Below are positions 51,104 to 60,747 of a stretch of 64,000 nucleotides of DNA, piece after piece (the stretch's first letter is position 1; each line of letters begins with the position of its first letter). The notes beneath the pieces are model-generated. The model saw only the letters and a list, made by a program, of their open reading frames with translations. It was not told where the DNA came from and ran no database searches. The position numbers and the translations under genes are program-made. The DNA comes from Thermoproteota archaeon (GTDB lineage Archaea; Thermoproteota; Thermoprotei_A; Sulfolobales; Ignisphaeraceae), in NCBI GenBank assembly GCA_030550585.1, contig JAUQPB010000005.1, forward strand, positions 36,962 through 100,961, read 5' to 3'.

Positions 51104-52225
51104 TTAGCTCCAATTAACAACTTCTATGGCTTTGCTCAGTTTGCGACAACCGTTTTCTGCTATAACAAAGGTGTCCTCTATTTTTATGCTTCCATAGCCT
51201 GGGAGCATAAGTGGTGAATGCACCATTGCGACAACCATTCCTGTTTTAGCTTCTACAGCTCTGTGTGCAGGGACTATTGTTGTTATTGGGTACTCCTCTA
51301 CCTGTAGCCCAACACCGTGGACATATCCAACAATCCTCTTATCTAGAAGCCCATACTTGGAGTAGATAGAGTCTAAGCGTCTAATCACATCAATGAACCT
51401 TGTACCAGGTTTAGTCATGGAAACCGCTTCTTCGTAAACCTCCTTGGCACAGTTGAAAGCTTTTCTAATTTCATCGGGTTTTGAATCGCCTATAAACAGC
51501 GATGCTGAGGCATTCGCATAGTAACCATTATAGTCAGCACCAACAACAATGGTCACAAGAACATTCTTCTTAGCCACAACATCTCTAAGTGGCTCTGCGT
51601 GCACCCTCGGATGAGGACCTATGTTTATATATATGTGCGGCTCTTCTGACCCCAGTCTGTATGCTATGCTATAGGCTTCTGCTGCTAGCTCCAACTCGGA
51701 CACACCCTCTTTAACAAAGTTCATAGTTTTTTCGAGAACCATCGTCGATATTTCAGCAGCCTTCGATATAGCCTCAATTTCGTGGCTATCCTTAATAGAT
51801 CTCATCTCAGTTAATATCGGCCCAATATCAACAACCTCAACATCTCTATTGGCTCTCTTAAACATTTCATAGAATAGTATGTAAGCATCTCTCTCAACAC
51901 CAAATACCATACCAACTCTCCTAGCCTTTAACAACTTTATGTTTGTCACAACCTTGTTCATGAGGTCTCCGCCATCGGTATATGTAACAACATCGACTCC
52001 CTTGAGCTTTGATAGGGATAAGAACCCCTCCTCTTCGCCAACAGCTACAAAAACCTTTGGATTGCCATCAGAAGGAACTAGAAGCGCTGGCCTAAGCCAC
52101 TTAACACCAACTAGGTACTTAAAATCTGATAGTGTACGAATCATAGCACAGTCTATCCCCTTCTCCCTAAGCAAATTCTGAAGCCTCTCAACCCTAGATT
52201 TGAAAACGGATGGAGGCAGAGACAC
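51104..52225 (-). CDS. M24 family (Xaa-Pro peptidase/creatinase fold) protein with altered metal ligands
   Basis: Creatinase-like N-domain, MRSIKD..EI, HGVGL and KIEDT. Confidence 0.85.
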   Translation of the reverse strand: MSLPPSVFKSRVERLQNLLREKGIDCAMIRTLSDFKYLVGVKWLRPALLVPSDGNPKVFVAVGEEEGFLSLSKLKGVDVVTYTDGGDLMNKVVTNIKLLKARRVGMVFGVERDAYILFYEMFKRANRDVEVVDIGPILTEMRSIKDSHEIEAISKAAEISTMVLEKTMNFVKEGVSELELAAEAYSIAYRLGSEEPHIYINIGPHPRVHAEPLRDVVAKKNVLVTIVVGADYNGYYANASASLFIGDSKPDEIRKAFNCAKEVYEEAVSMTKPGTRFIDVIRRLDSIYSKYGLLDKRIVGYVHGVGLQVEEYPITTIVPAHRAVEAKTGMVVAMVHSPLMLPGYGSIKIEDTFVIAENGCRKLSKAIEVVNWS

Positions 52226-52473
52226 CCATGCAACACCAATCAATAGCATGTATAGAAAGCCCTAATAAGCTTTCATAACAATCACTATAATTACATTCCT
52301 ATGTCAATTAAGTCTCTAGGTTGAACAATAGCTAAGTCAAGCGTCCTAATCGCATTGATGGCATATCTTAAGGCCCTCATAGTGCTGGTAGCTAATCAAG
52401 CTGTTTCATTCATATTAAAGTATGTTTATCCAATGTCCATAGCAAGTCTCTTGCTGGTGATAGTGAAGTAGCG

Positions 52474-53118
52474 ATGGATGTTGATAAACCATCTTATGTT
52501 GTATTCGATGAGAATGCTATTGAATATGATCAGTGGTTCGACAAGAACAGGATTGTTTATGAAAACGAGGTTTCTCTTCTAAAAAAATTCTTTCCATGCG
52601 AAAAACCATGCATTGAGATAGGTGTTGGCACAGGTAGATTTGCTCAACCACTAGGCATAGAGGTGGGTCTAGACCCATCTGTAGAAGCATTGAAAATAGC
52701 TCACAGAAGAGGTGTTCTTGTCGCCTCTGGCTTTGGAGAAGCAGCTCCATTTAGAAGCGAGAGTTTTTCAATGGTATACATAATAGTGACACTATGCTTT
52801 GTTGAAAACCCGTATAAGGTATTGGAAGAGGCTGTGAGAATACTGAAGAAGGGTGGGAGACTAGTTGTGTGCATAATACCATTAGACTCATCACTTGGTT
52901 TAATATACCATAGAAAGAAAGTGACAAAACAGAGCATTTTCTATAGCCATGCCACATTCTATACAAAAAGCCAGTTGGTAGAGATGCTATCAAGTCTAAA
53001 CCTAAGAATACTAAAGGTTGCAAGCACATTGACAAAAACAGGCTTGGAGCCCCTAGCTGAAGAGCCTGTTGAAGGTGATAAAGGGTCTTTTGTATGCTAT
53101 GAAGCTGCAAAAGAATGA
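52474..53118 (+). CDS. Class I SAM-dependent methyltransferase
   Basis: YDQWF, EIGVGTGRFA, GLDPS, TLCFV and EA.RILK.GG. Confidence 0.9.
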   Translation: MDVDKPSYVVFDENAIEYDQWFDKNRIVYENEVSLLKKFFPCEKPCIEIGVGTGRFAQPLGIEVGLDPSVEALKIAHRRGVLVASGFGEAAPFRSESFSMVYIIVTLCFVENPYKVLEEAVRILKKGGRLVVCIIPLDSSLGLIYHRKKVTKQSIFYSHATFYTKSQLVEMLSSLNLRILKVASTLTKTGLEPLAEEPVEGDKGSFVCYEAAKE

Positions 53119-53206
53119 GATTTTTATGGGGTTATACAAAGCTTTTTAGCTAGTATGGACACAATAATGGTGAAGAACACGTTGAGTAATTTTGCGGTGC
53201 CAGCAC

Positions 53207-54661
53207 TTGCCAGACTATCTGGTTACTGTGTCTGGCGAGTCCATACTCAAGTCTAGTAGGACTAGACCAAAGTTCTTCAATGCTCTAATTAGAAACATCT
53301 CCGATGCTGTTTCTAGAGCTGGTGGCAAGGTGGTTAACATTAGTGTTGTTGAGGCTAAAATACACCTTGTAACAGATGCCAATGTCATTAATGCCGTTTC
53401 CAGGGTTTTCGGCATCTACAGAGTTGGCAGGGTTCTTGTATACGAATTTAGAGATCTAAGCGATTTGGCTAGGTGGATAGCGGAGAACTCCAAAGAGGTT
53501 GTTATGGGGAGAAGATTTGCTGTAAGGGTTAAGAGAAGCGGTGTACACAGCTTCACATCAATCGACGTTGCTAGAGAGGCTGGGGCTCTCCTCAAACCAT
53601 TTTCATCTGGCGTTGATCTAGATAATCCTGAGGTCGTTGTTGAGGTAGAGGTGAGGGGCTCGAAGGCATTTCTATATAGAGACTCTGTCAAAGGGCCTGG
53701 CGGCCTCCCAACAGGAGTTGAGGGAAGGGCCCTCACACTTTTCTCAGGAGGCTTCGACTCCCCCATAGCAGCCTGGTACACTGCTAGAAGAGGTGTTGAG
53801 ATAGACTTTCTACATTTCATATTGGGGCCTCTAGAATCGACATACAACGCATTTACCGTTGCCAAAAAACTATCTCTTGATTGGCTCTATGGCTACAAAC
53901 CAAAGTTCATAGCAATAGACTTTAGAGATGTTGTAAAAGAGATTGTGGAGAAGGTTGATTGGAGCTATAGACAGGTTGTCCTAAGAGCTCTAATGTATCT
54001 AGCAGCATCAAAGATAGCTGAGGAGCTCGGCTACGACGCTATCGTAACTGGCGAGTCCCTTGGCCAAGCATCTAGCCAGACACTCAAGAATATAGCGGCT
54101 ATAGAGAGCTGTGTAAAGGTGTCTAAACCGATTCTAAGGCCGTTAATATCGTTTGACAAGGAGGAGATCATAGATTTGTCGAGGAGGCTAGGACTATACG
54201 AACTATCCTCAAAGGTTGTTGAAGCTTGTGCTATAGCCCCATCAAAAGTTGTGACAGCTACAACAGTGGATGCGTTGTCCAAGAGGCTTGAATCTATAGA
54301 CATGAGGATTGTTGAAGAGGCGCTGAAGAAGAGGATAGTTGTCAGCGTATTGGATGCCAGACCAGAAGATGTTATTCCAGAGACAGATATAGAGATAGAT
54401 TTCATACCAAGCAACGCAATTGTTATCGATGCTAGAAAAGAGGATACAGGTGGGCTACCCGTAGAGAGCGTCATCCCCCTAAGCAAGGTGGACTTCAACA
54501 ACATTCCCCAGGACAGACCCGTTGTCATAGTATGTGATACAGGTAGTCTAAGCTATGTGATAGCGAAAGAGCTTAGGGAAAAAGGCTTCAAGGCCTATAG
54601 TCTTCGCGGCGGGGCAAAGACCTGCAAAACTCTAGCAGAAAAATCCAGAGCAACACAGTAG
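53207..54661 (+). CDS. thiI: tRNA 4-thiouridine synthase with THUMP, PP-loop and rhodanese domains
   Basis: GE..LKS, SGGFDS, TGESLGQASSQTL.N, RPL...DKEEI, EAC and C-terminal VC..G..S...AYSL.GG. Confidence 0.93.
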   Translation: MPDYLVTVSGESILKSSRTRPKFFNALIRNISDAVSRAGGKVVNISVVEAKIHLVTDANVINAVSRVFGIYRVGRVLVYEFRDLSDLARWIAENSKEVVMGRRFAVRVKRSGVHSFTSIDVAREAGALLKPFSSGVDLDNPEVVVEVEVRGSKAFLYRDSVKGPGGLPTGVEGRALTLFSGGFDSPIAAWYTARRGVEIDFLHFILGPLESTYNAFTVAKKLSLDWLYGYKPKFIAIDFRDVVKEIVEKVDWSYRQVVLRALMYLAASKIAEELGYDAIVTGESLGQASSQTLKNIAAIESCVKVSKPILRPLISFDKEEIIDLSRRLGLYELSSKVVEACAIAPSKVVTATTVDALSKRLESIDMRIVEEALKKRIVVSVLDARPEDVIPETDIEIDFIPSNAIVIDARKEDTGGLPVESVIPLSKVDFNNIPQDRPVVIVCDTGSLSYVIAKELREKGFKAYSLRGGAKTCKTLAEKSRATQ

Positions 54662-54788
54662 AATTCCTCTCCTCCACTGGCTAGACAACATGCAACAACA
54701 AGCATCTACTCTATACCCAACTAACATGGTGCATGTAGATAAAACGCTTTTTTATGTTGCGATCCATCACGACTTCTGCAGACCTGTT

Positions 54789-55292
54789 ATGCAGTACAAG
54801 ATATCCCTCAAGCTCGTCACAGCGATAGTGATTGCAGCGACCTACGCATCTCTAGTCATAGTGCTACAGTCTATTAGCTTTGGACCAATCCAGGTTAGGG
54901 TAGCTGATATGCTATCCCCTATAACCTATGTCACAGGATTTGAGGGTGTTCTTGGCCTGACTCTAGGCACATTAATTGGAAATATTGTATCGCCTTATGG
55001 GATTTTTGATGTGGTTATAGGTACTCTATGCACATTTGTTTACAGCTCTATAAATTGGTTGCTTGGCAGGGTCTTTGGCTATAGAAAATGGCTGCTACCT
55101 GTAGTAGCCTTGGTGGACGCTCTTGTTGTAGGGATATTCATAGGGGTTATCCTACAAGGTGTCATTTTCAAAGCTGGCGAGCCCATATACCTATTCGCTT
55201 TGCTGACAGGCGAAAACCTTGTGGCCACAATACCTGGGGCCCTCCTACTCGTCCCACTTATTAGAAGGTATTACCAGAGATTAGCAAGATGA
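54789..55292 (+). CDS. queT: QueT-family ECF S component
   Basis: IAATY, ISFGPIQVRVAD.L and GLTLG..I.N..SP.G..D...G. Confidence 0.88.
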   Translation: MQYKISLKLVTAIVIAATYASLVIVLQSISFGPIQVRVADMLSPITYVTGFEGVLGLTLGTLIGNIVSPYGIFDVVIGTLCTFVYSSINWLLGRVFGYRKWLLPVVALVDALVVGIFIGVILQGVIFKAGEPIYLFALLTGENLVATIPGALLLVPLIRRYYQRLAR

Positions 55293-55372
55293 CTTAGCAG
55301 ACCATGGACTGCTGAACACCTCTATCAGCTTTTAAGCAAAGAATTTCCTGCGTTAGTGGATAGGCGGTTTAA

Positions 55373-56110
55373 TTGATTATAGAGACCAGAAATCTTAGGG
55401 TTTCTTTCAACGGCGTCGAGATATTGAGGGACATTTCGATAGCTTTTGATAGTGGTGTCCACATTGTGTTGGGTAGGAATGGAGCTGGCAAAACAACTTT
55501 TTTGAGGGCTCTGGCAAATCTAGTGAGGTTCGATGGCGATGTGCTTGTTGGGGGTAGGAGCGTTAAGAAGATGGGTAGAAGGGAGATTGCTATGCTGATT
55601 GGGTACTGCTGGCAGAACCCATACTACGGCTTTGTAGAGGCAACTGTAGAAGATGAGATAAGGGCTATCACCAGAATACTTGGGGTCTCAGGTGATTGGA
55701 GAATAGTCGAGCTTCTAGTGCCTAGAGAGTACATGGGTAGAGACCCGTCAACGCTTAGCGGTGGAGAGGCTAAAAGGGTTTCTATGGCCTCTATACTAGT
55801 TGCAGACCAGCCCATATGGCTTCTAGACGAGCCGTTCACATATCTCGATAGAGATGGTGTTGAGGCTGTTGTCAACCTAATCGACTATGGGAGGAGAAAG
55901 GGGAAGACAATAATTGTTACACTCCACGAGATATTCTACGCCAATCTCATAAAGCCAGACACATACGCAATCATAGATGGTGGCACAATAAAGTTTTTTG
56001 ATAGGTGGAGCAGTCTCAGCGATGAGGAGCTGGCCAAAGCGGGTCTGGTGCCAAGGGGTGTGATATGTGATACTCTCTGTGGTCCAAGAGGTCTTGGGGT
56101 ACAGAGTTAA
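55373..56110 (+). CDS. ECF/ABC ATPase
   Basis: GRNGAGKTT, QNP, LSGGE and LLDEPF. Confidence 0.88.
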   Translation: MIIETRNLRVSFNGVEILRDISIAFDSGVHIVLGRNGAGKTTFLRALANLVRFDGDVLVGGRSVKKMGRREIAMLIGYCWQNPYYGFVEATVEDEIRAITRILGVSGDWRIVELLVPREYMGRDPSTLSGGEAKRVSMASILVADQPIWLLDEPFTYLDRDGVEAVVNLIDYGRRKGKTIIVTLHEIFYANLIKPDTYAIIDGGTIKFFDRWSSLSDEELAKAGLVPRGVICDTLCGPRGLGVQS

Positions 56111-56642
56111 GGCACCGAGAATAGTGTTTTCAAAGTGGTTCTCAATAGCGAAGATAGCCTTGTTTATACTATCTATAGCAGTTCCGGTGGTGGCACCAAC
56201 AGCCGTTTCGCTTGGTCTCGTAGCATCTCTTGTAATACTCCTAGCCGTGTTGGGACTTAGGAGAAGCGCTGTATACACCGTCTTCACAGCCGCAATCCTC
56301 TATCTAATAATGTTTTCCACGGCCTTTCTACTCCACGGAGACTTGGAGAGGATAACTAGGCTAACTCTGTTGGCCTCATCATCGCTGTCAACAATAATAC
56401 TAATAGCATCGACAACAAAGCCGTCGATGCTTAGAAGATGGCCAACTCTATATCTGTTCTCAATAGTTTTTGCAAACACATTGAAAGAGGTTGTAGATAT
56501 TGCAACTGTTTATAGGGCTAGGGGCTCTGGGGGGCTAAGATATGTTTTACAAGTTGTGGTGGCCTCCATGGCGATGTCCATAGCCAGAACAAGCACACTC
56601 GTAGACTCGCTAAAGGCTAGAGGGATTGAGGTCACAGAGTAG
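56067..56642 (+). CDS. Putative ECF T component
   Basis: Hydrophobic protein with two ARG motifs (YRARG, LKARG). Confidence 0.75.
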   Translation: MILSVVQEVLGYRVKAPRIVFSKWFSIAKIALFILSIAVPVVAPTAVSLGLVASLVILLAVLGLRRSAVYTVFTAAILYLIMFSTAFLLHGDLERITRLTLLASSSLSTIILIASTTKPSMLRRWPTLYLFSIVFANTLKEVVDIATVYRARGSGGLRYVLQVVVASMAMSIARTSTLVDSLKARGIEVTE

Positions 56643-56654
56643 AATATCCAGTTT

Positions 56655-57392
56655 CTAATACATGTACTCTGTCTTGTCCTCTAATCCAGCCTCTCTAAAA
56701 GCTCTCTTTCTATTCAAACAGCTTTCACACCTACCACAATGCTTCTCAAAACCCTGGTAACAACTCCACGTCTCAAATATCAAGTCCCCGACAAGTTCAT
56801 AGCATTTTCTTATAACATCTCTCTTCCTCATCATCTCCATGCTGGGAGTCCATATGGATACCCTAGAAGAGTACTTTCTAAAGTGGCAGATTCTAAACGC
56901 GGCCTGGAGAGAGTGGAAACATTCTGGAGCGCAGTCTGGGTATTTAGGTCCCCAGTCTTCTGCGGGAGCAACATCATCGTATTGAGAGCCCAGAACAACA
57001 ACTACATTTGTATCCTCTTCCTCTGCAACGGTGTATGCATATGCTGTTGCTATAGTCGCCATAACAACGTTTCTAATTGGCACTACAACAGAAGGTCTAT
57101 ACTCCTCCTCGACAGCAACACTCTCATCTGTTAGCTGTGTCCCCCTCCAAAGCCTCTTCATGAAAGACATGTCCAGTATATGGATCTTTTCAACTGTTCC
57201 CCAGCCCCTTTCCTTTGCAACCCTATTAACCTTGTCAACAAGTCTCTTGACAGTTTCCATCTCTCTAAACCTAGCTTTGTGCCCATAGTCAAAGTAGAGA
57301 ACCTCTGCGTTGAACCCTTTTGACAGCCAGAAAACCATGCTACAGAAGCTGTCTGGCCCACCACTAACAACAGCTATAACCTTTGTCTTCAT
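56655..57392 (-). CDS. queC: 7-cyano-7-deazaguanine synthase
   Basis: SGGPDS, FDYG, VVP.RN, YPDC and TWSCY.G...HCG.C.SC..R..AF..AG..D. Confidence 0.93.
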   Translation of the reverse strand: MKTKVIAVVSGGPDSFCSMVFWLSKGFNAEVLYFDYGHKARFREMETVKRLVDKVNRVAKERGWGTVEKIHILDMSFMKRLWRGTQLTDESVAVEEEYRPSVVVPIRNVVMATIATAYAYTVAEEEDTNVVVVLGSQYDDVAPAEDWGPKYPDCAPECFHSLQAAFRICHFRKYSSRVSIWTPSMEMMRKRDVIRKCYELVGDLIFETWSCYQGFEKHCGRCESCLNRKRAFREAGLEDKTEYMY

Positions 57393-57433
57393 AAACGTGG
57401 CCACCTCAGCCGATATAGTCGTGTCTTTCATGT

Positions 57434-58592
57434 TTAGCATAGCTTATAAAGCTTTATCTTTCTCTTCCCCCTTGACACAACCTCGTAGCACACCTCTCCG
57501 TTTTTCTCCATAGACTTTAGAGCCTTGTAAACACCTCTTAATGTGTACTCTCCATTCTCTTTCCAAATCTCATAGGCAGTTGCAAGAGATTTCCTAGAGA
57601 GGGTCTCTACTATACGGCTCTTCAACAAACTGTGCCTCCCACTCCTCACAACATGTTTTATCCCGCCACTGAGTATAGCTATAGAATTGCCTATGTTCTC
57701 AGCTATGTAGTAGCTTATAGCTGATATCGGCTTGGCTTTGATGCCTCTTTGGGCAAGCGCTTTCAGCGCTTCGTATATCTCTTCATCAGATATCCTAACA
57801 GTTTTTATCTCCTGGCTTAGCCTAAGCAGATCCGGGGTGTTCTGAGACCCTGCAAGAACAGCTACAATGCTGTAGCTTGCGTCGAGCCCTGCTTTCCTCA
57901 GATCCTGAATACCCTTTAGAATTGAGTATGCAAGCAAACCCGTTTCAGCTGGAACCACAATACTTTCTACCCTAGTATTAGATTCATAGACTTCGAAGAC
58001 TATTGTCTTGAGCCCCTCAACAGTCAATGGATTGAAGTAGCTGATGTAGATAAGACTGTCTCCCCCGCACTGCAAAGACATGTTCTTCGCCAATCCAATG
58101 TTTTTCGACGCAAAATACATTAGATCATCTACTAGAACTTCAAAGAGGTTTTGTATCTCGACAGAGATTCTATTAGAGCCAATAGCATGCTCCATATAGT
58201 ACACAACAGATTTTGTGAAATCTTCGACATACTGAACAATAAACGACTTGTTGATGGCGTTGCCAAGGCTCATAACATGCGATACTATGACTGCTGAAGC
58301 GCGATCTGCGTAAGAGCCCGTTGGGTTCCTAGACTCATCTTTGATTAGAACGCCCCCGATTTTGTATATGGGTGTTAGAGCCTCGCCTAAGGAGAATTCT
58401 TTTCCAAAAGATGGTAGAAGGGATGAATATCTCCAAACACTAGGCTTAGCGGGGTCAACCCTAAACACAGGGTTTTCATAGTCTATAACGAGAAGACCTC
58501 CGCATACTGGGCAAGAGCATGTGTAAGGGGCTTCACGAAAAACAGTTTTGCAGTTTATGCATCGGAAAAAAATAATTTTTTCTATTGCTCAT
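57434..58592 (-). CDS. Threonine-synthase-fold protein lacking the PLP lysine, with N-terminal Zn ribbon and C-terminal wHTH; +1 frameshift near start
   Basis: RCINC...CPVCGG upstream of the ORF-track start, VWRY, SLGE..TP, KDE.RNPTGSYADR (K to A), EG.KT..FE and C-terminal TAYEIWK...GVYKALKSME..G. ATG 58592 overlaps the pdxT stop but is out of frame by one base. Confidence 0.8.
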
Positions 58593-59188
58593 TACCTCTT
58601 CACCAAGCCAATGAAGTATCTATACACCTTGTCATCTCCTGTGATCTCGGGGTGGAAGGTTAATGCGATTAGATTTCCCTGCTTTGCTGCAACACCAATT
58701 TTACCTATTTGTGGGTGTTCTATATATCCTGTTATCCTGGCCCCATTCCAAGCCTCGGCTATTCCAGGAGCTCTAATGAAAGCTACAACAACGTCTCCTA
58801 TCTCATCGATGTATACCCTGGCAACAAAGCTGTTTTTCTGGCGCCCGAAAATATTTCTGATTACGTTTATATCCATTAGTTCGAGTGTTGGCTGATTGGT
58901 CTCCCCCAAGACCCTGTCGAAAACCTTTTTAGCCATTACTATAGCCCCTGCGCATGTGCCCATAACCGGTGAACCGCTTCTCACAAATTCTCTGACTGCA
59001 TCAACCATTCCCTTTATCGCCATTAGTTTTCCTATTGTTGTAGATTCTCCCCCAGGTATTATCAAAGCATCTATGTTTCTCAGATCACTTGGTGTTTTAA
59101 CATATCGCGCTTCTATCCCCAGCCCCTTCAGCACTTGGTAGTGCTCTAGGTAATCTCCTTGCAGTGCTAAAACGCCTATCCTAGCCAC
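58592..59188 (-). CDS. pdxT: PLP synthase glutaminase subunit
   Basis: GVLALQG, PGGESTT, GTCAG, RN.FGRQ..SF, FIRAP and FHPE. Confidence 0.96.
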   Translation of the reverse strand: MARIGVLALQGDYLEHYQVLKGLGIEARYVKTPSDLRNIDALIIPGGESTTIGKLMAIKGMVDAVREFVRSGSPVMGTCAGAIVMAKKVFDRVLGETNQPTLELMDINVIRNIFGRQKNSFVARVYIDEIGDVVVAFIRAPGIAEAWNGARITGYIEHPQIGKIGVAAKQGNLIALTFHPEITGDDKVYRYFIGLVKR

Positions 59189-59191
59189 CTT

Positions 59192-60199
59192 CTACTCACC
59201 TCTAATCTGCATCAACTCCTCTGGTCTCAGCTTCCTAACATCGATTCCAACCATAGACACTTTCTCAGACACCATTTTCTGTGCCTCAACAACAGTCTCC
59301 GGATCATCGTAGAATGATGTAGCCAAAACTATTGCCCTTGCCCTCGCCTCTGGGTCACCGCTCTTGAATATGCCAGAGCCAACAAAAACGCCGTCTGCTC
59401 CAAGCCACATCATAAGAGCTGCATCGGCTGGTGTGGCTATGCCCCCAGCAGCAAAGTTTACTACGGGTAGTCTACCAAGTCTTGCTGTGAGCAATGCTAG
59501 TTCATATGGAACCTTATTCTCTTTGGCATAGACCCAGATAGCCTCGTGGTCTCCAGCCATATAGTATCCTCTAAGCGTTGCGATATCCCTGTTAACAAGC
59601 TTCATATGCTTAACAGCTTCAGCCACATTGCCTGTTCCCGGCTCCCCCTTTGTCCTAATCATCGATGCCCCCTCGTATATTCTTCTCAACGCCTCTGGCA
59701 AGCTTCTAGCCCCATTTACAAAAGGTGTTTTGAAATCCCATTTGTTTATATGGGCCTTTTCATCGACTGGCGTCAAAACCTCGCTTTCATCTATCAAGTC
59801 AACCCCTATCTCCTCGAGCAACCTAGCCTCCTCAGCATGCCCAATTCTACACTTTGCTGAAACAGGAATTGTTATAGAACTCATAACAGCTTCTATAACC
59901 CTCAAATCAGCTGTTCTAGCCACACCACCAGCTGCTCTAACATCGTATGGAAGCTTGTCCAAAACCATTACACCGACAGCACCAGCATCCTCAGCTATAG
60001 CAGCTTGCTTCTCGTTAGTGACATCCATTATGACCCCTCCCTTAAGCATAGATACAAAGCCGTATCTAACAAGCGGGGTCCCCTCTCTAATGGGTATTAC
60101 CTCTAGACCCTCCTCCCTAGCCCTATCCCTCAGCTCAAGTAGGCCGTATATGAGATCCCTAAGTTTCTCAAGCCAAACATACGAATCTGTCAACTTCAA
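59192..60199 (-). CDS. pdxS: PLP synthase lyase subunit
   Basis: [46 protein letters not shown] and FVGSGIFKS. Confidence 0.96.
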   Translation of the reverse strand: MKLTDSYVWLEKLRDLIYGLLELRDRAREEGLEVIPIREGTPLVRYGFVSMLKGGVIMDVTNEKQAAIAEDAGAVGVMVLDKLPYDVRAAGGVARTADLRVIEAVMSSITIPVSAKCRIGHAEEARLLEEIGVDLIDESEVLTPVDEKAHINKWDFKTPFVNGARSLPEALRRIYEGASMIRTKGEPGTGNVAEAVKHMKLVNRDIATLRGYYMAGDHEAIWVYAKENKVPYELALLTARLGRLPVVNFAAGGIATPADAALMMWLGADGVFVGSGIFKSGDPEARARAIVLATSFYDDPETVVEAQKMVSEKVSMVGIDVRKLRPEELMQIRGE

Positions 60200-60291
60200 T
60201 GCAAACCAACCCAGAGCTGTCGTTAACATGGTTATGAATAATAAAATTTGCTGAACGTTCAATAAACATAACCCAAAATCGCAGAAGCCCC

Positions 60292-60361
60292 TTGAAATAT
60301 GTTTCAAACTCATTATCATAATTATTTTGAGAAAAACTTATTAACCTTGAAACAGGTTTCA
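60292..60361. promoter_or_regulatory. Paired palindromes in the divergent pdxS / 60378 promoter region
   Basis: TTGAAATATGTTTCAA (60292-60307) and TGAAACAGGTTTCA (60348-60361) flank a BRE/TATA-like GAAAAACTTATTAA. Confidence 0.55.
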
Positions 60362-60377
60362 GGTTCTGGCGACAAAA

Positions 60378-60650
60378 ATGAGTTGGTGGTGGAGCCCATA
60401 CCCAGGTAAAGGACCGTGGAGCTGGTTACCACCGCCACTAAGACCAGGTTGGTGGCTGGGCAGGGGATGGTGCTGGCTGCTGTGGTGGCCATACGTAACA
60501 TATTCATATCCATGGCCCTTCCCAGCAATTCCAGATCCAGAACTTGAACGCAGATATCTTGAGGAGATAAAGAGGTATTTATCAGACGTTGTCATAAGGG
60601 AGATCGATAGAAGGTTAGAGGTGCTTAGAGGAGAGAAGAAGACGAGCTAA
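60378..60650 (+). CDS. Small Trp/Pro/Gly-rich protein with C-terminal coiled coil (DUF5320-like)
   Basis: PG.GP.S.LPP..RPGW..GRG.CW, then ELERRYLEEIK...IDRRLE. Confidence 0.65.
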   Translation: MSWWWSPYPGKGPWSWLPPPLRPGWWLGRGWCWLLWWPYVTYSYPWPFPAIPDPELERRYLEEIKRYLSDVVIREIDRRLEVLRGEKKTS

Positions 60651-60747
60651 GCCTGATTAGCCCATGGTCGACAACAACCATTTTTTAAATATACCGACAC
60701 AAGATGTTTTACAATGTTTAGAGCCTTTCTCTAGATATGAACCGAGC

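Noticed and set aside
59628-60254. Long antisense ORF (208 aa), and similar ones at 25753..26280, 36526..37041, 54031..54528 and 14922..15464
   Set aside because: Shadow frames opposite well-supported genes, with Ser/Ile/Pro-biased composition and no motifs.
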